A stretch of 64,000 bases of DNA, from positions 926,141 through 990,140 of the forward strand of contig NC_058136.1 in NCBI RefSeq assembly GCF_016433145.1. The letters run 5' to 3'. The notes beneath the pieces were generated by a model that was given only the letters and a program-made list of their open reading frames with translations, ran no database searches and was not told the origin of the DNA. Positions 50,431-64,000 of this stretch are shown piece by piece. This stretch comes from Gracilinanus agilis (Eukaryota). The translations under genes and the position numbers were made by a program. How positions within the stretch are numbered: position 1 is the first letter of the stretch; the number at the start of each line of letters is the position of its first letter.

Positions 50431-51519
50431 TCAAAACAAAATTATTTCACCCATTTAAAGCTGTGGAAACTGAGACCCAGAGAGGTTGTGCATTAACCAA
50501 GGAAAATAAGATGCCTTTCTCGCAAAAACTCTGTGAGGTAGACAATTTAACAGTGATTATCTCTATTTTACAGATGAGGCAACTGAGTACCAGAGAAGTC
50601 AAGTTACTTGTCCAACTGTTACACAATTAACAAATTTTGGATCCAGGACTCAAGCCTAGCACCTTTATCAGGCAGGGTTATAGATTGCAAGAAATAGGCA
50701 AGGACCCCAAGCCTAGCAATGATACGATGGCATCACCCAGGAAGAAGCTGCATATTCCTTGTCACTCTCTCACCTCTGTCTATGACAATAGCTCTCTCAA
50801 TCTCAATCTCAGGATCATTTTTTTTGTTTGTCCTTTCTTTCTCTAATGTTCGGTTGCTTTTTACATTCTCATTTCCAGAGTACCTCCAAGAAAAGGGAAA
50901 ATAGGTGCCAACCAATCTATAGTAAAATTGCTCTGAGATGGATGGCTATGATCCAAGAAATCTTATACTGTGTTCTTACCAGACCTCTTCTAAAAAAACA
51001 AGCCACTTTATTCAGAGTTCTATACAATTCTAGCTTCTTTCTTTGAAGTAAAATCAACAAGAGAGGGGCTATAACAAACTCTCAATCTTAACATGAGGTT
51101 CTGACTCCACTGGTTATTGAATGTGACTCCTGCCTGCCCTGATACCTTAGCTTCCTGAAGTTAGTTGTCTAAGGGCATAAACAATGCATCAGTTCTCCAG
51201 AATCTATGTGTGATAAGCCTAGCCCTTATTATAATCACTTAGAGTCTATTATAGCATGGATAAATTGGCCTGTGGTAGTCATTCCTTAGAATCTGCACAT
51301 ATATTTTTCTTCCTGTTTCCCCTCTACTGTGAGGGTGCTTAGGGAAAAAAGACTTTTGTCCATGAATGACTGAGAGGCTTACAATTAATTAATGAGGAAG
51401 AATTCTCTAATAGGCTGTTGAGCCCCAAGGACTGATGACTCAGGGGATTTCAGTGGGAGATGACAGAGTTCCCTAACTAGCTACAAAGCTGAAATTAAAT
51501 AATTAATAATAAAAATAAC

Positions 51520-51750
51520 AAAATTAGCCTTTATATAGAGGTAGGTATTTTTTTTAAAACTATCTCATCTTCACAACAACACTAAAAGACAGATGCTATT
51601 GTTACTTTTTACAGATGAAGAAACTGAGGCATACAGTGGTTAAGTGACTTGCCCAAGGTCACACAATTTAATAAGTGTCTGAGGTGGGTTTTGGACTCAG
51701 GTTCTACTGATCTGAGGTCCGGAATTCTATATACTGAACAACCTTACTGT
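51520..51750 (-). mobile_element. MAR/MIR-type SINE
   Basis: Antisense CORE ttttacagatgaagaaactgaggca...gttaagtgacttgcccaaggtcacac. Confidence 0.8.
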
Positions 51751-52344
51751 TTTAATAAAGATGTAAAGAAGGCAATCTGCCATTCTCTCTCTCTCTCTCT
51801 CTTTCTCTCTTCTTCCCAATGGCTATGAAAGAAGTAGAACTGGTTTGAGCTGTCTTCCAGAAAGTAGAGAAGAGGTACCTGGTCCCCATTCCTATGCTGT
51901 GGCTATAAGCATTTGGCTGGGGGATTAGGTTTCCCCAAAGTTTTAGGGATTGATACAAAGCAGAAAATAGCTCGTGTGCTACAAGGAATGGACCCCTTAG
52001 GGCAGACCATTCTACCCTGGACACAGTGTAAGTCTGCCCACCACACTAGGAGTTTACCACAAGGAAAAAGTAAGACTGTGATCTGAGGGGATGCCAGAGA
52101 GGGATTCCTGCCTAAAATTAGCAACCTCAGTGTCACCTATCCCTCTCTTAGTAGGAATTTATTTACTTGGATCCCAAATGCTTTTCATCTTCAAGAGTCC
52201 TGTGTTGTTGTTGTTATCCCACAGTAGTTAGCTCTGTGCGTAGAAAAAAAGAAGGCTTTTAATAAATGCTTATTGAATTATTATCGACAGCAATGTATGC
52301 TCCCTCCTCTCAGCAGGAAAGTAGTGGACTTTTGTTGCTGTTAT

Positions 52345-52582
52345 TGATTCTAGTCGGTCATTTCAGTAATATTCAATTTCATGAACGCATTTTGGGTTTT
52401 CTTGGCAAAGATACTAAAGAGGTTTGCCACTTTCGTCTCCAATTCGTCTTACAAATGAGGAAACTAAAGCAAACAAGGTTAATGGATTTGCCCAGGTTGG
52501 TACAGCTAGTAGATATCTGAGGCCACATTTGCTTTCATATCTTCCCTGTCCCGGGCCCGATGCTCTATCCACTGTGCCACCT
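52345..52582 (-). mobile_element. MAR1-like SINE
   Basis: Antisense RTE-derived tail (ttttcttggcaaagatact...gtttgccac) plus CORE and head (ctctatccactgtgccacct). Confidence 0.82.
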
Positions 52583-53047
52583 AATAATGGACTACAGGTA
52601 TGGAATAAAACACACTTCATCAGTCAAGCAAAGATGAAGATTTGGTGTATTTAACTATACTTCTCCACACAAAGGGGAGGAGAATACTGAGGAGTGCTAG
52701 ATTTTTAAAAAGTTAATAAATCAAACATTTTGTCAAACATCTACAATATTTTAGGTACTGAGTAAGTAAAGACAAAATTGAAATATTCCCTGCACTCAAA
52801 GATATTACATTCCATAAGGGGAACCTATATGAATATATTAAGTATATATGAAATGAGTGTACACCATATATATGTGTGTGTGTGTGCATCTATATTATAT
52901 ACATAGGTATTTACAGATATATAATTAATCCAAAGTAATTCATTGAGGGCAACACTTAGAGAAAACACAAAGACCTCACGTAGGAGATGACATTAGAACT
53001 ATGTCTAGAAGGAAACTGTGGCTATCCATTAAGATTCAACTACCACA

Positions 53048-53235
53048 GGGACAGCTAGGTTGCAGGATGCATTGAGAGCCAGGCCTAGAAATGGATGGTT
53101 CTAGGTTCAAATCTGACAAATTGTGGCAAAACAGTGGGCAAATCACTTAACCCCCATTGCCTAGCCCTTACTCCTCTTCTACTTTGGAACACAGTATTGA
53201 TCATCAGAAAGAAGATAAGGATCAAAAAAAAAAAG
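53048..53235 (+). mobile_element. SINE1_Mdo-like SINE, internally deleted
   Basis: gggacagctagg...attgagagccaggcctaga...cacttaacccccattgcctagcccttac...cagtattgat...aaaa. Confidence 0.8.
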
Positions 53236-54344
53236 ACTCAACTACTCCAGAGAAGTATCTTCCATCTCATGTTAAATATTTGCCCCAAATTATGTAACCT
53301 TCAGAGAAGTGATTTCCATCAGAGAGAGTAGGCCCATCTTGGCTAAGACTATAAAAATGGAACACTAGATAAGAGATAGGGAAAGGGAGAGTGCAAAAAA
53401 AAAGACAAAGATAGACAAAGAAACTTTTGTTTCCTTTACAGTTTTGCTTTAGGGAGGGTCCCAATACAAAACTCAGATTCTGTACACATTAATGCAATAC
53501 TAATGCAAATACTTTTTATAGTTAATTTGGCTATTGTACAGAAGAAGTTCTTATTTTCCTCCTTCCACTTTTCTCTTTGGTTGATGATGTAAATCATGAA
53601 AAGAAGCCATTAAACACAATATGATTCCAACATATGTAATAAAATAATTATTGTTTAATAATCACAATAAAATAATTATATAACTAAACACTTTAACATA
53701 ACAAAGATTGTGTAAATACCTACTATGTTAAGAGCTCTAACAGGACAGCTTACCTTAAAGAAAAAAAGACTTAAGAAAAGAAAGGTGTATAAAGATCTTC
53801 AGCTGCAGAAGGACTGGCCAACAGAGAATGGTGAAACCAGATGGAATACTGAGGAAGGTAATGACATCTATTAAAGTTTCTTAAAATAGAGTTCTTCTTC
53901 TCCACTGTCTGGGAATTTTAGTTGTGGCCTTAATTCAAGATGGAAGAATGACTAAATGAACACTCAAGACTCATTCCCACTGATCCTAAGGATTTTCTAA
54001 ATGAACTGGAAAAGAATCTTCCCTCTTTCCTCTTAGTCTGAGTACATTTCCTGGGTTTTGAATAAAAGGAGGTATGGCTGGGGGGATGTCACAGTTCCAT
54101 TTCTCCTTAGAAAACAAGCTTCTATTCCTTGACTGACTAAGGAAAAAGGGAAATTACCTTTTACTTCAATGTGAGAAAGAATCCACTCTTTAAATAGATT
54201 GAACTCATGTGCTTCATATGCCTAAGACTGGGGCAGGCTACCTTCTGATTCCTCCCATAATACAGAGTTCATAGTGGTAATGCTAAGTCACTCACCCTAT
54301 GACTACCTTAGTACAGTGCAAAAATCCAGGCTAGACTAAAACAG

Positions 54345-54600
54345 GGCAACATGGTGACATGATGGATAAAGTCCTGGGCCTGAAATTGGGAAAACATTTC
54401 CTAGAGTTCAAATCTAGCCTCTGACACTAGGTAAGTGTGACTCTGACATTATGACTCTAGGTAAGTCACTTCATCCTGTTTGCCTCAGTTTCTTCACATA
54501 TACTAGAGAAGCAAATAGCAAATCACTCCAGATCTTCGCCAAGAAAATCCCAAATGGGGTTACAATGAGTCAGACATGACTGAACAATAACAACAAAAGA
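54345..54600 (+). mobile_element. MAR1-like SINE
   Basis: Head gggcaacatggtgac..., CORE gcctcagtttcttca, and tail gagaagcaaatagcaaatcactccag...ccaagaaaatcccaaatgggg...tgactgaacaataacaac. Confidence 0.82.
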
Positions 54601-57600
54601 GTGAAGTAGGTCTGGGTGACCTCTCATCTTACTGGATGTTTCCACTTGGATAATCCCCTTACACTTCAAACTCAGCATGTTTGAAGTCAAAATCGTTGGC
54701 TTTGGAGCCAGAAAGAGCTGAGAGTAAGCTAGTCTACAGCTACCATCAAAGCCTTTCCCTTCCCTGCCCCCTTGCATTTTACACTGAGAAACTTGAAGAT
54801 GATAGAGAAAAAAAACAGGGAGACTTCCCCAAATTCACACAGGCAAGTAAGCCACTAAGCCTTGTTTTATACTTAGGCTTTCTAACTCCACATCAAAATG
54901 CTGTGAAATTTGGAGTTGTTATCATCAATTCTAAATTGGTCTTTAAATGATTTTTTAAGATCACCGCCTTAAAGCTGGAAGAAAACTTAAAGAACAATTC
55001 CCTCATTTTATAGATAAGCAAACAGGCTTAGAGAAATTAAATGATTGGCAAAAACCACATAGGTAAAGAATGGCTAGGTTAAGAACTGAACCCACATCCT
55101 CTGTTCCTAAAGCAGTTCTCTCTGCACTGTATGGAAGGTTGTCCTGGGAAATCAAATGGGACATTGTGGACAAGAGTGACTTGAAAATTATAACAAACTA
55201 CACAAACATAAGAGATTATTAGGACACAGATTATCTCAGTATTAGACAGATGGATGGATTGATGATTGATAGATGGACACATGTGAGGCTGTACTCCTTC
55301 AAAGCTTTGGAGCAAGTGACTCAAAATCTGAATCAAATAATTCCCTGACCCTGATGACAGGAAGACACAACGTTTAATGTCAATGCGGGATTTTTCAGAT
55401 AAACCAGATGAAGCCCAAATGCCCTGACATCCTCTAATAATGTCCTTTTCTTCCCAACCATTATCAAAGGTGAGCCTACTTTACTAGTAGATCTATGGCA
55501 TAATATTCCAAATGATAACCAAGCTGCCTAAGACTTATTGACTTTACCTTCTTGTCACTGTCTTGCTAATCTTTATGTTCTTTTTCAGCTTGCTTAGTAA
55601 ACCACAAAAAGGGTGAATCAGAGAAAAGAAAACTCACTTCTCTGTGCCTGCTTACTCACTTTTCCAACTCTGGGCATCCCCTGCCCAATTCTAACTAACA
55701 ATCCTGATTTTCAAAGCAATTAAATCTCAATGCTGAAAAGCATTAAGTCCTAGGGAAACAATTTCTTTACCCTGAAAGGTTAAAATATCTTTGTCAAAAT
55801 TTGAAGTGAATCCACACAAACAAACAGACATTCACTCTGCCTGGAGGAAGAAACAAGTCACAGTTGTTTCTCCAAGAACTCAGATAACAAAGTTTCTTTG
55901 CCACCTAGCTAAAGGCAAAATATTTCCACAGCTCTCCAGGGGGCCTTGTGGGGCTGCAATTTACATGCACTTTTCTTAAAAGCTCTCTTTTCTATTTCCA
56001 TTTTCTTTTGCCAGTTCTGAGGGTCTCTAGTGCTTGCCCCTAGAGTTGAACTTGGGAGACATCACTTGGAGCTAAAACTTCTACCCATTCAAAAATCATC
56101 TTCCTTCCAAGATAGAAGCATCAGGTCAGTTTTAGCACCTGCTGGAATTCTCATGGAATTCATTTCTAATGGGACATTTATAATGTCTGGGATTATTATT
56201 TTTCTTCCTAAGGTGTCAAGTCAAACATTTCCCAAATAAAACCAAGCCATGAACTTGCTCTCTTTAGAGTCCTGAACTGGCTCTGTGAGTTCTTTTCTTT
56301 TGAAAGCAATAAAGCTACGCATTTTTTTATTTGTTTTAGTATAAAATTGTCTAAGGAGACATTCTCTCTCTTTTTCCTGGAGCCATCTTCTCCATTTCAC
56401 TTGTTCAAACATTAGCACTATCTGACTGAGTGCCCTTCTCTCTGCTAAGTAAGCCAGGCTGCTGCTACATATTGCTTTCATTTCAAACAGATCCCAAAAG
56501 CAGATACATTAGATGCCATCAAATTCATCCTTCTACTATTAAAAGATTATCCTCTTTCTCAGTTAAATCCTGCTCCATGTCAAAATTATTTTGTTCTCTT
56601 TTCCCAAATTCAACAAACACTTCATTTTCTGGGTCCTCTTTACCTTTCTTTCTCTATGCACTCCTTCAATGTATATCAGTTCTCAGATTTACACTTATAG
56701 GCTCATAGATCTAGTGTCTGATGGGGTTTTAATTGCCATTTAATATAAACTTCTCATTTTATATGTAATCATCCTCTGGAACAACTATCTCAACTTCCAC
56801 TTGAATTTGCAAAATACATCCCCAAAAAGTGGCTTCTACTTGTTCTTTCAGGGCTCTAAGATGGTGGTGTTTATATAAGTGGGGGCCATGAAACCACATT
56901 ATATGGATCATTCTAGGCTACATATTGCTGTAGAAAACCTCTTATTCATCATCCATTTTGCACACATTTGCTAGTATTCACTCTAAAATTAACAAAAGAT
57001 CATAGGATTAGAGCCAAAAAAGGTCATAGACACCGTCTATCCATTCATATCCCATTTATCCCTATCATATTCCAACCCACCCATCTTGCAGATGAGGAAA
57101 ACAATGAGAAATGTGAAATGACCTTCACAAGTCACAAAAGAGATGAGTTTGGGGGACATAGATGCTACAATACCAGAACCAGTGTCCTTTAAACTTTGTC
57201 CGCCTCTTATCTTGGAACATAAGATTATGGATTTAGGGAACAGAGGGCATTCACAAAATATCTAATGGAAATCAATAAGTGGGGGAAATATATTATTGAG
57301 TTAAGCCATTGTGGTATTCTTTATATTCAATACAATTTGACAAAGAAATAATAAGAGCCTAATGTATGCCAAGGATCATCAGATATGAGGACAGAGACAA
57401 AGTTTGGATAAGCATTGTCCTTTGTGGGCCCAGAATTATATTCATTCTCCTTTCACTCCAATTTATACAAGAGTGGATCCACATTCTTTCAATACCCAGT
57501 GAAACCAAAGGCCTGTGCAACTGACAAATATTTTTAAAACCCTAATCCTAAATTTATTTTTTATTATCAACACAAAACCCCTGAAGTCATCCAGAAATCA

Positions 57601-57853
57601 ACCTTTTTTTTGTAAACACTTGCAGACCAATATGGCTCTATTATCTCCTATATTCTCCTCAATATATCCTATTCCTTCTCTGAATATGTTTCATTTATGC
57701 TTAATAAGGATGGAAATTCCACCCATAGGATGCCATCTCAAGCTAAGTATAGACCTCAAAACATTGTAGGTAAATCATAGGTAGTCAAAAAAGATTTTAA
57801 AAAATTAAAGCTAGAATGGTTTTTAGATATCATCTAGCCCAGATCCCCTAGAT

Positions 57854-58044
57854 CAGTGGTTCCCAAATTTTTTTGGCTTACCGCACCCTTTCCAGAAAAA
57901 ATATTACTTAGTCCCCTGGAAATTAATTTTTTTAATTTTAATAGCAATTAATAGGAAAGATAAATGCACCTGTGGCCATCACTGCCTCCCTGGATTGCTC
58001 CAGCACCCACCAGGGACTAGTAGCACCCACTTTGGGAATCACTG
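57854..58044 (-). mobile_element. hAT-Charlie MITE, 191 bp, same family as 11983-12175, opposite orientation
   Basis: TIRs cagtggttcccaaa / tttgggaatcactg; perfect 8-bp TSD ccctagat (57846-57853, 58045-58052). Confidence 0.95.
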
Positions 58045-61000
58045 CCCTAGATAATCAATTATGATTATGAACCTTTAAGATCAGCCTGATCACTCTTCAT
58101 ACTGACCACATCTCACACCCATGCCAGTCAAGCTATTAAGCATTTACAATGGAAAGGGAGGCTAGAAATTAATGTGATCCACTCCCTTAATGTATCTGAG
58201 ACAGTGAACAGAGTAATTGGTGTCTCTGCTTTGTTTTCTCTTTGTAAGCCTCCTCCCCCTTATATGGTAGTTAATCTCCTGGACTTTATTTTTCAGGTAA
58301 GGAACATGAAGTGTAGAAAAATTAAGTGATTTGCTTACAGATAGAACTAAAACTGGATTAAGGTCTCCACTCAAGGTTATTAGTCTTTTCGTCATTTTAT
58401 GTAGTCTTGCCCTAAATAACAAACTTTCTTGGAGTTCAAAGATGTAAAAAAGCATCTGAATGTCCATATGTGTCTCCCCCAAATGAAAGAGATAAGTGGG
58501 CAGAAGCAGTCAATGATAAAGACCAAGCTTTATCAAAAGCCATTCCTTTCTTTTATCAATAAGTCAACAAGAATCTGTTAAGTAACTCTGGGCATAAAGG
58601 AATTCACTTTAATGCTTATAAATGGTCTATTATAGAAAGTGCTAAAGACTCTCACTCAATTACAGCTATGAAGAATTCAGTTCCCCCAAGCACAAACAGG
58701 CAGTTTTCTTGTGATTCAAAAACATTTGACCCTACAATTCCAGAAAGAATGGATTTTGGACCACCCGTCCCAGGATTTTACCAGGGCCAACATCAAGGAG
58801 TTAAATGGAAGAGACAAAAAAAATGGAGACTCAGAAGATTACAACTGGGACAATATTCTGTTGAAATTTTCCATACATGACTTTAATCTCTTTCCTCTAT
58901 GCTTTAAACATACTACTTCCTATGCCTTCTTTGTTTCTACCTCTAAGAAGGCCTGCTTCTACTAAAGGCTCCCTTGTTGTTGGTCCAAAACTTACCTGAT
59001 ATATCTACTTTGCATTATATTTATATATATTTATGTGTGAGTATATTTTGCATTTATTTACCTACATATACAGTTTCTCTAAATAGAATGCAAACTTGAG
59101 TGCGAGAACTCTTTTATTATTGCCTCCCACCTCATAGCCTGATATTCCTTTTTAATTTATCTGAATTGTCACCTAGAGCATCAAAAGAGGGTACTTCATT
59201 TACACAATGATCCAATACATGGAAAGTTGAAAGAAGGAGCAAAGTCTAATTGCATGACCCTGCCAATGAACTTCAAAAGGAATATTTCCTTTCGGGGAAA
59301 GATGAGAGAGTTTTGGACTCAGTATTTAAGAGACAAGGAAGAAATCATATATATAAAAAAAGAAGATGGCCATTTGAGTATACAAATACAAGTATTTATT
59401 TAGTGTCAACCATGTATCTGACACTCTGAACATATTGCCCCTCCTCATCTCTTCCTTCCTTGTCATGACCTCCTTAGTTTCCCTTCTACGTAAGTGGAAT
59501 TCAGACCAAAGTTTGAACCTAAGAGCTTCAGTGTTATGCAAGGGTGATTCATGGAAAGGAAGATAATGCTTAACTAAAGCAAAGGAAGCAAGATCTGTCC
59601 CAACTTGCCTTTTAATTCACAGAGAAAGAAGAGTAGTGAAATAAAAATTGTACTTTGTCACCATGACATACAGACCAAGCAAACTGTTAATCTTACATCC
59701 ATGTCTTTTAAGACTTCCTGGGATAAAATGCCACCTGGTAATTTGTTTCTTTTTTCTTGGGGAAGGGATGGGAATATTCTCCCTTCCCAGGTAAATCAAA
59801 AGTAGTAAAAGGAAAGAGCAGAAAACTATCTCAGAAGTAGCAAAAATCAGTTTCAAATACAAGTTAACTACAAATCTGTCCATCTGTTCTCTGAACCTTA
59901 AAATTCAAAAGTATCAATTGTAACTCCTATTCTATGCAAATATAGCCTTCACTTGTCTTGCTTGAGATCATTTAAATTTACAAGGATCAGATATTATAAA
60001 TGCTAGCAAAATAGTCTCCGATTATCCATTAAGGTGAGGCACTCAGGTCCAAGCTCACAAACCAATGTTCCAAAACTCATTGATCAGGTAATTGCTTGGA
60101 ACTCAGGAGCATCTTGCTATAGAAATGCTATAAATTATGATTAGGTTCCTAGAATGAACCCACAAAAAATTCCTGAACCCAGAGTATAACTAGACCATTA
60201 CATTAATAGAACTAGATTGAGTTTGGGTTCTAGAAAGAGAGTTCTCCTTTGTAGGGCAGGAAGAAGAAGAGAAGAAAGTTTCCATCTTCTTTGGATACAC
60301 AGCCTCAAATAACTGTTTGTATGGATAGGTCATTTGTAAGTCAGATGTTTGTGAGCCAGTTTACCAGCATATATCTAAAGGGGAAACTCTTATCTAAGAA
60401 ATATGTGCAAAGCTCATTAATATTCATTAAGCATAATCTATCCATTTAAATTTTTTAAATATTTATTGGGCTGTTAGATACAAGATATTATGTTTATCAA
60501 TGTCTCTCCTTTACTTTATTACAACCCAACCACCCATAGAAATATGAAAGCACACGTAAAGAAGTCCTTTTGTCAGAATATTATGGTGATGCTGAATATC
60601 ATTGTCCTTTTCATACATAAATCCTCTTTGGGTTTCCTATTTGGAGTTTTTCTGAAGGAGGAGGAAGAGGAGGAGGGAAAGCAATAGGAACAGTAATGAA
60701 GGAAAGTTAGTATTGTTACTTCAGTCCTCTCAGTTGGAAAAAAAATCTATAATCATTACATTCTAGCCATGGTAAGTCACAAGAGATTTGTCCACTCCAC
60801 ACCCTGGAGTCCTGCATCATCTCTCAGGGCACTGGGTTGATAGTGAGAAACTCTGGAATGATGTCAAAAGTTAGAACTGGGTCAAAACACAGAGAGAAGC
60901 TTTCCTTGGCAAAGCCGCTTTTCAAAATACGATTTTGTTTGGATCCATTCTTTCTTTTCTCTCTGCAAACACAAAGGGACCAATTCTGCCTCTGTGAAGT

Positions 61001-61329
61001 TTAAATGTAATTCTTCTTAAAATCAGTGGGATACATATTTCAGCCGTAGGCATTAATGGGGAGTCTTGTGAACATCTCTCTAAGTGAGATTTTGCATCTG
61101 TATTTGTGAATTTCTACGTAGCTCTTGCTGTTTATTGAACATTGTAAACATGTCAGTGGGAAATAGTAAAACCACCTTCTCAGCCTCTCTCTGCCCATAT
61201 ATGCAAACACAGCCAACTAGAATCATATCTTTGTAAAACTTCTTATAAGAAAAATTCTAATGACCTAGACAACTGAGTCAACATAGTACAGTAAGAAGTA
61301 CTAAACTGGGGGAGGATGGAGCTAGGGTG

Positions 61330-61485
61330 GGAGAGAGGAACTAGGTGGCACAGTAGATAGAGTGCCAGGTCTAGAGTCAAGAAGGCTTGAGTTTAAATCT
61401 GGCCTCAGTCATTTACTAGCTGTGTGACCCTGGGCAAGTCACCCTGTTTCCCTCAGTTTCCTCATCTGTGAAATGAAAAAAAAAT
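61330..61485 (+). mobile_element. CORE-SINE (MIR/MAR type)
   Basis: actaggtggcacagtagatagagtgccagg...ctagctgtgtgaccctgggcaagtcac...ctcagtttcctcatctgtgaaatg. Confidence 0.85.
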
Positions 61486-61589
61486 GAACTTCAAAAACTA
61501 GATTTGGGAGATACAGAATTACTCAGCATTGTGGGTAGAAGTGACTTCAAAGACCTCTTAATCCAATTTATATTTTAACAAGCATCCCT

Positions 61590-61790
61590 TCAACAGTATC
61601 CCCAGTGAGTGGTGAAAGTTATGTCCAATTTATCCTGTATATAACTTATTTGCACATAGTTGCTTGCATGGTGTCTCCTCTATGAGACTATAAGCCTCTT
61701 GAGAACAGAAGCTGCCTTTCTGTCTTTCTTTGCATTCCTAGCACTTAGCACAGTTTCTGGAAGAGATAAGACATTTGAAAAATTCTTTTT
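61590..61790 (+). mobile_element. L2 3' end
   Basis: ttgcatggtgtctcc...gactataagcctcttgagaacag...cctagcacttagcacagtt. Confidence 0.75.
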
Positions 61791-62460
61791 GACTAAAGAA
61801 CAATGAAGAGGACAGTGATTATTTCATTCTTCAAAAGGCATAGGTAGCGCCAAGAATGAGTTTTCCAGACCTATTTATAAACCGATGTGATACTGATTGC
61901 TAAAGAAGAAAAAAGAGCAAATCCATCATAGAGATCCTGATCAAATAGGAGAAGGTTGCTAGTCACAGTCTGACATGCAATCTAGTTTTTGAGGGTAGAT
62001 TCTAAAGAGATTAGAGAATGGATAAATTATGTTCAATGACCTAATAATTTGAAGAAATTGGCCCCAAAGTAAAAGGGATGTCCCAAGAATGAAAATTTGA
62101 AGATCCAAGAAAAAATTATTCAAATAAAGAGAAAAGAATGGAGACATTAAAACAGTACAAGGTACATACATATTCATCCATCTACATATAAACACATATA
62201 TTACTATTGATTCATAAAAGTGATGAGAAATGAAAGCAAAATCAAGTATGTAAAAAGCTTGACATGAGATCATATTAAACTATACTACTCAGATAATATT
62301 CATAGATAAAACAAGCAGGAAGCCTACAGGAAGAAAATGAAATGGATTTGTTGGCATTTCTTTAATGATCCAATCTAATAACTAATAAAAGTAGAGCCAT
62401 CATATTTAAAATTAATCTCCAATATACTTTAGAAGGAAGAGAAAATGGTACTTAAGAAGT

Positions 62461-63810
62461 GAGGCAGCCAAGATGGTAGAGGACAGGCACCAACCCAGGT
62501 GAATTCTCCCAAGTTTCCACTCCAAACAACCTTAAAATAATGCTTCAAATCAAATTTTGGAACAGCAAAGCTAGCAAAAAGGTCTGGGTGACCAACCAAG
62601 ACAATTAAGGATGTTGGCAGGAGGGGTCTGTGACACTCAGGTTGATGCCTGTCCAGAGTGCAGACCAGCAGCAGACCTTGGAGGTAGCACCAGCAGCAAC
62701 TATTTTGGGATGGTTAAGGGGTCAGAAAACTAGTCAGAATGAAATTACAGGTAATCCGTTGCTGTCACAGAGTGCGGCTGGCACTGATTGGCAACTCTAT
62801 TGCTCATAAGTAGTTCTGGGTTACATTTTCAGGGCTGAGAGGAGTACTTGGTCACAAGGGAACAAGGTCCCTGGTTCAAGTTTCAAAGAAGAGCACTAGC
62901 ACTTATTGCTATAGGAAATCAGGGAACCTGGTCACAGTTCTAGCACCAAGAGGAACACTAATACTTGCAACTTCAGGGAAAAGGGGTCTTTCCTGGGTAA
63001 AGATTAGAATTCTGATGAGGAGAACAGTGACCATATCTCTCTCCACATCACACCACTTTGGAAGCACCTAAAAATTGCAGGCTCCCAGTACTAGCTCTGA
63101 AACAACAGATGCATAAAAAGCCTAAACTTGGGACAGTGCCTCCCTAAAACTAAGGTGAGCAAAATCGAAATTTAGCATAAAGTTCAAAGGTCAAGAAATA
63201 GGTTGGAAAAATGAGCAAGCAACAAAAAAAAAGGACTTGACCATAAAAATCTATTATGATGGCAGGGAAGAAGACAATGTAAAAATCCCTACAACCAAAA
63301 TCTCAATGAAAAATGCTAATTAGATCCAAGCCCAACAGGAATTCCTGGAAGACTTCAAGAAAGTCACAAAACTGACAGAGAAAGAACTGGGAAAAGAAAT
63401 GAGAGCAGTGCAAAAAAATTATGAAAGAAGAATTAATAACTTGGCAAAAGAGACATAAAAATACTGAAAAAAATAACACCTTGGAAAATAGAAATGTACT
63501 AATGGTAAGAAGACAAAAATTCACTGAAGAAAAGAATTCCTTTAAAAACAGAACAGGTCAAATGGAAAATAAGGATCAACAATTCAGTGAAGAAAAGAAC
63601 TCATTGAAAAGTAAAATTGACCTAATAGAAAAAGAGGCACAAATACTCATTGAAGCTAATCATTCTTCAGAAATTAAAATAAGGTATCTATAAGGTAATG
63701 ACTCTATGGGACATCAAGAAATTATAGAATAAAGTCCAAAATATGAAACAATAGAAAAAATATGAAGTATCTCGTTGGAAAAGCAACTGTACAAAAAAAA
63801 TCAGAGAGAT
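62461..63810 (+). mobile_element. Marsupial L1 5' UTR plus decayed ORF1 (start codon 63211), truncated by a later insertion
   Basis: 5' end ccaagatgg. ORF1 reads MSKQQKK...QEFLED...EKELGKEMRAVQKNYERRINNL, with coiled-coil repeats EEKNSFKNRTGQMENK / EEKNSLKSKIDLIEKE; contains stops. Confidence 0.9.
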
Positions 63811-64000
63811 CTTTTTTGTTTTATATTATTTTTATTTTAATTGTTAAATATTTTTCCATATTTACATGATTTATTTTCTTTCTCTCCTCTCTTCCCTCCT
63901 GCCTCCTAGAGCCAAGAAGCAATTCCACAGGTTGTATAAATGTTATCACTTGATAACTATTTCCATATTATTCATTTTTGCTATAGAGCGATCTTTTAAA
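63811..64000 (-). mobile_element. L1 3' end in antisense, continuing beyond the window
   Basis: T-rich tail then tttacatgatttattttctttctctcctctcttccc...gagccaagaagcaattccac..., the antisense of an opossum L1 3' UTR. Confidence 0.82.

Noticed and set aside
56221-56481. 86-aa protein-like ORF on minus
   Set aside because: No convincing splice sites or recognisable domain; flanking frames are full of stops.
418-61485. tRNA-like A/B-box heads and regularly recurring similar sequences (possible tRNA genes or a CRISPR-like array)
   Set aside because: They are dispersed SINE heads and CORE domains; there is no cloverleaf and no repeat-spacer periodicity, and the DNA is mammalian.

Overview
Mammalian genomic DNA, most likely from a didelphid marsupial (opossum-type). 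This is inferred from SINE1_Mdo-like and MAR1-like SINEs, RTE-, L2-, CR1/L3- and marsupial L1-derived repeats, hAT MITEs and strong CpG depletion. The dominant structure is a ~39.4-kb near-perfect palindrome: 1-19460 is the reverse complement of 19961-39420, separated by exactly 500 N, with 60 nt of (TTCC)n/(GGAA)n on each side of the gap. The arms differ at only four sites that I could find (two transitions, two 2-bp repeat-length differences). The most likely explanation is two allelic haplotigs scaffolded head-to-head; a real gene-converted palindrome cannot be excluded from sequence alone. The rest (39421-64000) is repeat-rich intronic or intergenic DNA. I could not identify any protein-coding gene. 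Nearly all track ORFs are spurious or transposon-derived (L1 ORF1/ORF2, CR1 RT); a few exon-like segments are reported at low confidence. The best local oddities are a 70-bp inverted templated copy of a nearby RTE segment, a hAT MITE carrying a perfect CTCF core motif, a young CpG-rich hAT MITE, and a 5'-inverted (twin-primed) L1 nested in an older L1. Repeat family names come from recall, not a database search, and boundaries without TSDs are approximate.
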